Assembly (NCBI GenBank): GCA_041487875.1
Contig: JBGPOE010000002.1
Location: forward strand, 8,121 to 72,120
Reading direction: 5' to 3'
From: Gemmatimonadota bacterium
Lineage (GTDB): Bacteria; Gemmatimonadota; Gemmatimonadetes; Gemmatimonadales; GWC2-71-9
Length of the DNA stretch: 64,000 nt
Part shown: positions 44,394 to 52,404 of the stretch, piece after piece
Position numbering within the stretch: position 1 is the stretch's first letter
Layout of the letters: each line of letters starts with the position of its first letter
Notes under the pieces: model-generated
Told to the model about the DNA's origin: nothing
Database searches by the model: none
Seen by the model: the letters and a program-made list of their open reading frames with translations, nothing else
Program-made: the position numbers and the translations under genes

Positions 44394-44951
44394 TCACTGG
44401 GGCCCGAGCTGCGGCTCCAGATGTTTGCGGTAGCAATCGGGGCAGATGCCGTGACTGAACTCGGCGCGTGAGCGCTTCTCGATGTACCCCTCCAGCGACG
44501 ACCACTCGTCCCGATCGTTGCGGATGCGCTTGCAGTAGCTGCAAATCGGCAGCAGTCCCTCGAGCGCGTGCAGCTCTTCGCGCAGACCGAGGATGCGCTC
44601 GGCCACCGTGAGCCGCGCGCGCAACTCTTCGGGGTCGACGGGCTTCGTGATGAAGTCGTCCACGCCCGCCTCCATGGCGGCGAGGAAGTTCTCCCGCCCG
44701 CCCGTGGCGGTGAGCAGGATGAAGTACGTGTAGCGATCACCCCGCCGCGCCCGCAGGCGGCGGCAGAACTCGAGACCGTCGAGCTGCGGCATGGCCCAAT
44801 CCGACACCACGACGCGCGGCTGCGCAATCTGCCACGCCCCCCACGCCTCCATCCCGTCGTCGGTCGCGGTGACGTCGTGCCCCTGCGCTCGCAGCAGCGC
44901 CGCGAGCTTGGCGCGGGAGACGGGGTCGTCTTCAGCGATGAGGATCTTCAT
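44394..44951 (-). CDS. Response regulator: receiver domain plus a C-terminal Cys4 tail
   Basis: MKILIAEDD...SDWAMPQLDG...ITKP receiver domain. The tail is PICSYCKRIRNDRDEWSSLEGYIEKRSRAEFSHGICPDC. Confidence 0.85.
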   Translation of the reverse strand: MKILIAEDDPVSRAKLAALLRAQGHDVTATDDGMEAWGAWQIAQPRVVVSDWAMPQLDGLEFCRRLRARRGDRYTYFILLTATGGRENFLAAMEAGVDDFITKPVDPEELRARLTVAERILGLREELHALEGLLPICSYCKRIRNDRDEWSSLEGYIEKRSRAEFSHGICPDCYRKHLEPQLGPQ

Positions 44952-45003
44952 GCTCCAACACTCGCCCGTCCCCGCCCCGCGTCAAGCCGGGGGTCCAAAC
45001 GGC

Positions 45004-45034
45004 GACGCCGGCCCACGGCAGGCGGGCCGGCGTC
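45004..45034 (-). terminator. Stem-loop downstream of nrdJ
   Basis: Perfect 11-bp inverted repeat GACGCCGGCCC-N9-GGGCCGGCGTC, 28 nt past the nrdJ stop. There is only a weak U-tract. Confidence 0.45.
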
Positions 45035-45061
45035 ACGTTGCCGCGGGCCACGTGGGTCAGC

Positions 45062-47533
45062 TCAGCCGCACTCGCTGAAGCCGCACACGTGGCACTTGGC
45101 GCAGCCTTCCACGAACGCGAGCTGCGAGCCGCAATCCGGGCAAGCGCCGATGAAGTCCTGCGCCTCACCGCCCGAGCGCAGCACTGCCTCGCCCGAGGAG
45201 CCGGCCACGATTTCGCGGGAGGGCACCGCCGGTGCCGGCGTGCCGAGCAGGTCTTGCTGGATGCCCTGCTTCTCCTGCAGCCATTTCTCGATCGCGATGC
45301 CGATGGCATCGGGGACCGACATCACTTTGTTCGGTCCCAGGCCCACCACGCGGTCCGACGAGATGCCGCGCAGCTGGCGATGGATCTCCTTCAAGGGAAT
45401 GCCGGAGCGCAGGGCCAGCGAGATCAGCCGGCCGATCGCCTCGACGTCCGCCATGAGGGCGCCGCCCGCCTTGCCAAGCGAGATGAACACCTCGAACGGC
45501 TGGTTCTTGTCGTCCTCGGTGATGTTCACATACATCGTGCCGAGCGGCGTCTCGACGCGCCGCGTGGCGCCGCGGAGCAGATCGGGCCGCGAGCGCTTGG
45601 CGCGCCGCTGCAGATTCTCGGCCTCCACCTCGTGCAACTGGCGCCGCGTGCGCTCCAACTCGGCCTCGAGCTCGGCGATGCGCCCGAGTGCCTCGGACAG
45701 GCCGGCCTGGGTCGCGGGAGCCGCCGCCGCTGCCTGCCCCGACTGCGCTTGTACCTTCTTGGCGGTAGAGCCGGTGGAGAGCACCTGGCCCTCGCGCGCC
45801 CCGTCCCGATACACCGTGACGCCCTTGCAGTCGAGCTGGAAGGCGAGCCGATAGATCTGCTCGACGTCGTCCTCGCTCGCCTCGTGGGGGAAGTTGCAGG
45901 TCTTGGAGATCGCCGAATCGGTGAACTCCTGGAAGGCGGCCTGCATCCGGATGTGCCACTCCGGCGTGACATCGTGGGCCGTGACGAACACGCGCTGCCA
46001 CTTGGCCGGGACCTCATCGAAGTGGATGTGGCCCGATGCGGCGATGCGCTGCACCAGGGCGTCGCTGTACCACCCTTCCTGCCGGGCGATGGCCACGAAC
46101 GCCTCATTCACGTCGGGCATCAGCACGCCCGCCTGGTTGCGCATGAACGCGACGGCGAATAGCGGCTCGATCCCCGAGCTGCAACCCGAGATGATGGAGA
46201 TCGTGCCCGTGGGCGCCACGGTCGTGAGATTGCAGTTGCGCAACCGGCGCAGCGGCCGGATGCGCTGTCCCTGGGGGTCGCGCGCGCACGTCTTGTCCGG
46301 GCCCCAGATCGAGCGCTCCCACTCGGCGAAGACGCCGCGTTGCTGGGCGAGCTTCTCCGATGCGACCTTGGACTCCTCGTCCACGAACGCCATCAGCTTG
46401 CGCCCCAGCGCCACGCCCTCTTCCGAGTTGTAGGGCACGCCGAGCTGCACCAGCAGATCCGCCCAGCCCATGATCCCGAGGCCGATGCGGCGAATCCGCT
46501 TGGCCAGGTCGTCGATCTCCGGCAGCGGATACTTGTTGGCGTCGATGACGTTATCGAGAAAGTGCGTGCACAGGTGCACCACCGTGCGCAGCCGGTCCCA
46601 GTCGACGTCGCCGTCCTTGACGAACAACCCGACGTTGATCGAGCCGAGGTTGCACACGTCGTACGGGAGGAGCGGCTGCTCGCCGCACGGGTTGGTCGCC
46701 TCGTAGCTGCCCAGGGCGGGCACCGGGTTGTAGTGGTTCGCCCGGTCGATGAAGAACACCCCCGGCTCGCCCGTCTTCCAGGCGCCGTGCACGATCTTGC
46801 GGAACACCTCGCGCGCATCGAGCCGGCCCACGACCTTGCCGGTGCGGGGGTGGATCAGATCGTAGCTCGCCCCCTGCTCCAGGGCGTGCATGAACGCGTC
46901 GGTCACGGCGACGGAAATGTTGAAGTTCGTCACCTGGGTGAGGTCGTCCTTGCAGGTGATGAACTCCAGGATGTCGGGGTGGTCCACGCGCAGGATGCCC
47001 ATGTTGGCGCCGCGGCGCGTGCCGCCCTGCTTGACGACGTCGGTCGAGGCGTCATACAGCTTCATGAACGAGACCGGGCCCGACGCCACGCCCATGGTGG
47101 AGCGGACGACGTCGTTTTGCGGCCGCAGGCGCGAGAACGCGAACCCGGTGCCGCCGCCCGACTGGTGCACCAGAGCCATGGCGCGCAGCGTGTCGTAGAT
47201 GCCGCTCTTGCCGTTGGAGAGCGCGTCGTCCACCGGGAGCACGAAGCAGGCCGACAGCTGGCCCAGCGGCCGGCCGGCGTTCATGAGGGTGGGCGAGTTG
47301 GGCATCCAGGCCCGCGTGGCCATCAGATCGAAGAACGTCTCCGCCAAGGTCTCGACCGCTCTGTCGGACGCCCCATAGGTCTTGTCCGGGGCGGCGATCG
47401 TGCGGGCCACCCGCCAAAAGAGGTCCTCGGGAGCCTCGACGGGCTTGCCGTCGTCGCCCTTCACGAGGTAGCGGCGCTCGAGCACGGTGAGCGCGTTGGC
47501 GCTCAGGTCGAGTTTCTTGGCGAAAGCGGTCAT
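45062..47533 (-). CDS. nrdJ: Adenosylcobalamin-dependent ribonucleoside-diphosphate reductase (class II)
   Basis: 823 aa. LSANALTVLERRYL, NPCGEQPLLPYDVCNLGS, and a C-terminal Cys-rich tail (CPDCGSQLAFVEGCAKCHVCGFSEC). Confidence 0.92.
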   Translation of the reverse strand: MTAFAKKLDLSANALTVLERRYLVKGDDGKPVEAPEDLFWRVARTIAAPDKTYGASDRAVETLAETFFDLMATRAWMPNSPTLMNAGRPLGQLSACFVLPVDDALSNGKSGIYDTLRAMALVHQSGGGTGFAFSRLRPQNDVVRSTMGVASGPVSFMKLYDASTDVVKQGGTRRGANMGILRVDHPDILEFITCKDDLTQVTNFNISVAVTDAFMHALEQGASYDLIHPRTGKVVGRLDAREVFRKIVHGAWKTGEPGVFFIDRANHYNPVPALGSYEATNPCGEQPLLPYDVCNLGSINVGLFVKDGDVDWDRLRTVVHLCTHFLDNVIDANKYPLPEIDDLAKRIRRIGLGIMGWADLLVQLGVPYNSEEGVALGRKLMAFVDEESKVASEKLAQQRGVFAEWERSIWGPDKTCARDPQGQRIRPLRRLRNCNLTTVAPTGTISIISGCSSGIEPLFAVAFMRNQAGVLMPDVNEAFVAIARQEGWYSDALVQRIAASGHIHFDEVPAKWQRVFVTAHDVTPEWHIRMQAAFQEFTDSAISKTCNFPHEASEDDVEQIYRLAFQLDCKGVTVYRDGAREGQVLSTGSTAKKVQAQSGQAAAAAPATQAGLSEALGRIAELEAELERTRRQLHEVEAENLQRRAKRSRPDLLRGATRRVETPLGTMYVNITEDDKNQPFEVFISLGKAGGALMADVEAIGRLISLALRSGIPLKEIHRQLRGISSDRVVGLGPNKVMSVPDAIGIAIEKWLQEKQGIQQDLLGTPAPAVPSREIVAGSSGEAVLRSGGEAQDFIGACPDCGSQLAFVEGCAKCHVCGFSECG

Positions 47534-47717
47534 CCTAGCTCGTCCCTCACGGTGAGAGCGGTTCGCAGTGACTCAGTGCTTGAGATGACTGACTGAAGTA
47601 GTCCCAGCTACCCGCAGAACAGCATTCAAAGCGCGGAAGGTCAAGGTAGAAACTTGCGGGCGGCCGGGCAAGACGCAGGCGAAACCCGCGCTGGCGCGAG
47701 CTTCCCCGCAATTCACA

Positions 47718-48251
47718 TCACAAAGTTGGCCGCGCCAGCGGAAACCGTCCCGCGCGGTGCCGCTCGGCTTCCTTCACATAGTGCTCCCAGGTGCTCCGAA
47801 TCCGCGCCGCGAGCGCCGGGTCCACCGCCCGGGCCACCCGGCCCGGTATCCCCATCACCAGCGACCCCGGCGGCACGCGCATCCCCTCCGGTACCACCGC
47901 CCCCGCCGCTACGACGCTTCCGGTCCCGATACGGACCCCATTCAACAGGACACTGCCCATCCCGATCAGGCAGTCGTCCTCGATGGTGCAGCCATGGATG
48001 ATCGCCCGGTGCCCGATGCCCACCCGGGCACCGATCAGGGCGGGCTTGCCCTCATCCACATGCACAATCGTGCCGTCCTGCAGGTTCGTCGCCTCGCCCA
48101 CGACGATCGCGGCCATGTCGCCCCGCAGCACGGCCTGGTACCACACGCTGGCGCGCGGCCCGAGCGTGACGTCGCCCAGGACGGCGGCCGTGGGGGCGAT
48201 GAACGCCGTGGGATCGATGTTGATTACTGTCTCGTCGGCTGGAACGGCCAC
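47718..48251 (-). CDS. Gamma-carbonic-anhydrase-like hexapeptide-repeat protein (YrdA/PaaY family)
   Basis: GTG start giving VAVPADETVINIDPTAFIAPTAAVLGDVTLG. SVWYQAVLRGD and HGCTIEDDCLIGMGS follow. It overlaps the upstream kinase gene by 28 nt. Confidence 0.8.
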   Translation of the reverse strand: MAVPADETVINIDPTAFIAPTAAVLGDVTLGPRASVWYQAVLRGDMAAIVVGEATNLQDGTIVHVDEGKPALIGARVGIGHRAIIHGCTIEDDCLIGMGSVLLNGVRIGTGSVVAAGAVVPEGMRVPPGSLVMGIPGRVARAVDPALAARIRSTWEHYVKEAERHRAGRFPLARPTL

Positions 48252-50074
48252 TGCACCCAGGCGTCGACGGCGTCGCCGTTCTTCTGGGCGGGATTCCAGC
48301 GGATGAGCTTCGCCAAGTCCAGCGCCTGTTGATTGAACGTCTCGACGTTGGACCCCGAGAACACGCGCGCTTCCATCGTCTCGCCGTCCTTGGAGACGTG
48401 CACCAGGAGAATGGCCTGGCGCGGGAAGATCGGCGCGTCGGACGGCACGGGGATGAACGTCGGCGTGAGCGGCACCGGGCGGGCATCCCAGCACATGCTG
48501 TTCTGGTTGTAGGCCGGTCCGTACTGGCCGCAGGGATCGCTGCCGCGCGGCGAATCGTCCGCCTCCTCCATCGCCACGCGCACCGTGGTGGGCAGACCCG
48601 CGACAATGGTGACCGGCCGCTCGAACGTGGCGTAGCCGGGCGCGGTGACGGTGAGTTTGTAGCTGCCGGGCTGCAGCTCGGGCTGCGCGCTGTGCGCCGG
48701 CTGGCCGTTCAAGCTGACGCGGGCCCCCTGCGGCAAGCCCTGGAGGACGAGCTTGCCGGGGGTGCCGGGCGGGAACGTCGGGTGCGTGGCGGTGTCGCGG
48801 GCGGCCGAATCGGCCGCGGTGCTGTCGCCGCCCGCGAGCAGCGCCGAATCGCGCGCCAGCTGCGAGGCGGAATCGGACGCTGGCTTGGCGCCCGACGCCC
48901 CCGCGAACACCCAGCCTTTCTTCATGGCGAAGTAGCCGCCGCCTCCTAAGATCAACGCGACCAGCGCGAGCCACGTGATCACCGCGCCGACCACCGAGTG
49001 CTTGGGGCCCGCCGGGCCGCCGGTGGTGACGCGCGGCAGCGGCGTGGTCGGCGCGGCCGACACGCGCGGGACGCCCGAGAGCGACGGCAGGGCACGGGTC
49101 GCGGCGGTCGAGATCGACATCTGCAGCGGCGTGAACGCCCCGCCCTCCACCGCCGTGACCATCTCGTCCGCCGTTTGGAAGCGATCGTCGGGCGACTTGG
49201 CCATCATCTTGCGCACGACCTGGAACAGCTCGCGCTTGTCGGGCGTGTCGAGCGCCGGCGCGGGCAGGTCCTCCATGATGTGCTTGTAGCCGATGGAGAA
49301 CGAGTCCTCGCCGTCGAACGGCACGCCGCCGGTGAGACATTGGTACGCCACGACGCCCAGCGAATAGAGGTCGCTGCGGCCGTCGAGCGACTGGGCGCGA
49401 GCCTGCTCCGGGCTCATGTAGTGGGGCGTGCCGATGGACATGCCCGTGCCCGTGAGCTTGCCGCCTGAGGCGGCCTTGGCGATGCCGAAGTCGGTGACGA
49501 CGGCCTGGCCGTGCTCGTCGAACATGATGTTGTCGGGCTTGATGTCGCGATGGACGATGCCGCTCTTGTGCGCGTAGCCCAAGGCGCGGCCCACTTGGGA
49601 CAGCACGACGCGGATCTCCCCCGGCGGCAGCGCGCCCCGTCCGGCGAGAATCGCGGACAGCGGTTTGCCGCGCAGGAACTTCATGACGAAGTAAATCACG
49701 CGGCCCGACTTGCCGACGCGGTAGATCGGGATGATGCCCGGGTGCTCGAGCTTGGCCGACGTGCGCGCCTCGCGCTGGAACCGCTCGACGAATTCCTTGT
49801 CGAAGGCGAGCGAGAACGGCAGGACCTTGATCGCGACATCGCGCTCCAGCTGCCGCTCGCGCGCCTTGAACACGATCGCCATGCCGCCGCGGCCCAGCTC
49901 GTCGAGGATGTCGTACTCCTCTTTGAGCTGCTCGCGCACCATGTCGATTTCCGTCATCTCCGGGTTCTGGTCCCGGACGGTGCTGATCGGCGTGGTGGCC
50001 GTCAGGTCCAGGCCGCAGGACCGGCAGAATTTGGCGGGATCGGGGTTCTGGGTGCCGCAGCGGGAGCAGTACAT
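48224..50074 (-). CDS. Ser/Thr protein kinase with an N-terminal zinc ribbon, one TM, and extracytoplasmic PEGA-like and TonB_C-like domains
   Basis: CSRCGTQNPDPAKFCRSCG; kinase motifs GRGGMAIVFKA, HRDIKPDN, DFG; TM ITWLALVALILGGGGYF; YKLTVTAPGYATFERPVTI; C-terminal LLVHVSKDGETMEARVFSGSNVETFNQQALDLAKLIRWNPAQKNG. Confidence 0.88.
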   Translation of the reverse strand: MYCSRCGTQNPDPAKFCRSCGLDLTATTPISTVRDQNPEMTEIDMVREQLKEEYDILDELGRGGMAIVFKARERQLERDVAIKVLPFSLAFDKEFVERFQREARTSAKLEHPGIIPIYRVGKSGRVIYFVMKFLRGKPLSAILAGRGALPPGEIRVVLSQVGRALGYAHKSGIVHRDIKPDNIMFDEHGQAVVTDFGIAKAASGGKLTGTGMSIGTPHYMSPEQARAQSLDGRSDLYSLGVVAYQCLTGGVPFDGEDSFSIGYKHIMEDLPAPALDTPDKRELFQVVRKMMAKSPDDRFQTADEMVTAVEGGAFTPLQMSISTAATRALPSLSGVPRVSAAPTTPLPRVTTGGPAGPKHSVVGAVITWLALVALILGGGGYFAMKKGWVFAGASGAKPASDSASQLARDSALLAGGDSTAADSAARDTATHPTFPPGTPGKLVLQGLPQGARVSLNGQPAHSAQPELQPGSYKLTVTAPGYATFERPVTIVAGLPTTVRVAMEEADDSPRGSDPCGQYGPAYNQNSMCWDARPVPLTPTFIPVPSDAPIFPRQAILLVHVSKDGETMEARVFSGSNVETFNQQALDLAKLIRWNPAQKNGDAVDAWVQWPFQPTRQ

Positions 50075-50132
50075 TCCGGCGTCCGGGAGGGACGCGGAAA
50101 CTTACGGGTCGCAGGCGAGCAGTGTCAACCGA

Positions 50133-52367
50133 CTAGCGCGCCGTGATTTGGAAGCGTTGGGTGCGCGTGATGACGCGCGACCCCGCCGTGACCGTGACGC
50201 TGAGGAGATACCGCCCGCGCGGCGTGTCGCGCAGGTCGATGCCGCGGTGCACGCGGGTGATCGGACCGTCCGCGGGCGCGTCGAACTCGAGCATCACGGG
50301 CGCGCGCCGGCCGCCGAACAGTCCCGTGATCGCCCCGAAGAACGAGCGCCCGCCTTCTCTTTCGAGCCGCACCACCGTGTGCATCGCTGCGCCGCGCTCC
50401 ATGCCGTACACCTCGTAGTACAGCTCCGCGGCGCTGCCCTGGGGGAAGCGCCCCAGCGGGTTGAGCAGCACAGTATCGCCCGCGGCGCTCCAGAAGAGGC
50501 CCGCACCCCGGCGGCCGAGCACCAGATCGCTCGCGGCCACCACGGAGCCGTCCAGCTGCTCGACCGTGACCGAGTCGCCCAGGACCACGTCGCCGCCCGC
50601 GCTGTCGGGGGTGTTTACGAGCAGGCGATAGCGGTAATCGCCGGGCGGCACCGGGACGGCGAGCTGGCCCGTGAGATACGCGTCGCCGCCCAGCGGCTCG
50701 CGAGCGTGGAACAGGCGCGCCGTATCGACCCGCGCGACCAAGCGGTCGGCCGTATCGGAGACGAGCAGCCGGAAATGCAGCGGGTACACCACGCCGTCCC
50801 CGACCACCGCGCGGCCGGCGAGGCGGTCCGCGGGCACCGCGAACACGACGTGCAGCGCCTGGCCCGTGCCGGTGCCGTCGCCCACCACGAAGTCGCGCGT
50901 GACGAGGCCCAGCGAGGCGTCGAAGCGTTGGCGATAGCTGTCGGTGGTGGTGCCGATCGCGATACTGCGCTGACCCGCCCGCCGCTCCTCGGCGAGCGCC
51001 GTGCCCTGCGCCGCCGTGCCGTGGCTGATGCGCATGTACAAGGGCCCGAACAGCTCCCGCGAGGAGTACAGGTCGGACACCGAAGCGAACGTGCCGCTGG
51101 GCGCCACCACACCGCCCGCGAAACCGAACACGTCGACGAGACTCTCCACCAGCTTGTAATCCTGATTGTGCTCACGCGCCACGAAGTGGAACACCAGGTC
51201 GCCCTCGGGCCGCAGGTACAACCAGCTCTCGTTGGGCTCGACCCCCGGCTTCTCGTAAAACGCCCGCCGATCGGGCTCGCCGTGTCGCAGATAGATGACG
51301 CCGCGGTCGTCGAACTCGCGCTGCGCGGTGCGGTAGACGTCGGTGATGTCGTAGTGGCGGTGACGGCTCGGCAAACGGAAATGCTCGCGCACGTAGAACC
51401 AGCGGCGATAGTGCTCGGCCAGCCGCTCACCCGCGTCGCGCGCGTCGGCCGCGTCGCGGCGATCCCAGAACGGCTCCAGCCAGGCGACGCGCCCCGCGCC
51501 GCCCGCGAGCGTGTCGAAGGTGGCGAGATCCGCGGGGGTCGCCAGCCAGCTCACGTCGTCGCGGTACGCGGCCCGCGCTTCGCCGCTCTGCGCCGCGCGC
51601 GCACCCGCGTAGTACCAGCGCGCGCCGTCGGTCGAGCGCCCCGCCTTGTAAGCGGTGCGCGCGAGCTCGAGGTAGCCCACGCCGGAGTCGCCCCCCAACG
51701 CGAGGTATGCCTGAAATCCGACGAGCGCGGAGTCGGCGTCGCCCACCTCCCGCTCCACCCGGCCGCGCATCATCTGCAGCGCGGGCCGGGCCCCCGCGGG
51801 CGATGTGGCGGCCTGACGCACCGCTGCGAGCGCCACGTCGAGCCGCGGGCCGATCCGCTGCGACAGCGCGGTGGTGGCGAGATCGACCGTCGCCTGCGCG
51901 AACGACGGATCGGCCATGGCCGCGCGCGCGAACGCGTTCGCCGCCTTCGACAGATAATCCTTGTGCAGCCACTGCTGCAGATTTTCGACCACGGGGCTCG
52001 GATTCTCCCCCACGGCGAGCTGGGCCGTGCCGAGACCGTACCAGGGATACGGCCAGCCGGGCTGGAGCTCGCTCGCCCACTCGAACTCCCCGGACGCGTC
52101 ATCGAAATGCGACTTGGCATTGCCGACCTCACCCAGGCGGTACGCGATGAACCCGAGCCGCAGGTGCAGCAGCGCGTTGTCGCGATCCACCTTGGCGAGC
52201 GTGATGGTCGCCTGCTCGAGCCGTCGCAGAGCGAACGAGTCGGTGACGCCGCCGAGCGAGTCGCGCAGCTGCTCGATCGCCGCGCGCTCGGCCGGCGCCT
52301 GGGCGGTCAGGCGGGCTGGCGGGCTCGCGGCCAGCAAGACCAAGAAGATCACGGTGGCGGTGCGCAT
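50133..52367 (-). CDS. Secreted TPR plus GWxTD-domain protein
   Basis: Signal peptide MRTATVIFLVLLAASPPARLTAQ. N-terminal TPR-like helices. The GWxTD-family core is FWDRRD...HYRRWFYVREHF...DDRGVIYLRHGEPD...PNESWLY. Confidence 0.65.
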   Translation of the reverse strand: MRTATVIFLVLLAASPPARLTAQAPAERAAIEQLRDSLGGVTDSFALRRLEQATITLAKVDRDNALLHLRLGFIAYRLGEVGNAKSHFDDASGEFEWASELQPGWPYPWYGLGTAQLAVGENPSPVVENLQQWLHKDYLSKAANAFARAAMADPSFAQATVDLATTALSQRIGPRLDVALAAVRQAATSPAGARPALQMMRGRVEREVGDADSALVGFQAYLALGGDSGVGYLELARTAYKAGRSTDGARWYYAGARAAQSGEARAAYRDDVSWLATPADLATFDTLAGGAGRVAWLEPFWDRRDAADARDAGERLAEHYRRWFYVREHFRLPSRHRHYDITDVYRTAQREFDDRGVIYLRHGEPDRRAFYEKPGVEPNESWLYLRPEGDLVFHFVAREHNQDYKLVESLVDVFGFAGGVVAPSGTFASVSDLYSSRELFGPLYMRISHGTAAQGTALAEERRAGQRSIAIGTTTDSYRQRFDASLGLVTRDFVVGDGTGTGQALHVVFAVPADRLAGRAVVGDGVVYPLHFRLLVSDTADRLVARVDTARLFHAREPLGGDAYLTGQLAVPVPPGDYRYRLLVNTPDSAGGDVVLGDSVTVEQLDGSVVAASDLVLGRRGAGLFWSAAGDTVLLNPLGRFPQGSAAELYYEVYGMERGAAMHTVVRLEREGGRSFFGAITGLFGGRRAPVMLEFDAPADGPITRVHRGIDLRDTPRGRYLLSVTVTAGSRVITRTQRFQITAR

Positions 52368-52404
52368 CGCTATTCCATTATACCCGGCCGCCCGCGAGCG
52401 TTCG

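Noticed and set aside
47534-47717. A cobalamin riboswitch or NrdR boxes in the 184-nt nrdJ leader. The leader contains GGGGAAGC and GUCACUG-like strings and word-like repeats (GACTCAG, GACTGAC).
   Set aside because: The matches to the B12-box and riboswitch core are fragmentary, and B12 riboswitches normally control B12-independent reductases rather than nrdJ. No AT-rich 16-bp NrdR palindromes are present. A covariance-model scan would settle it.
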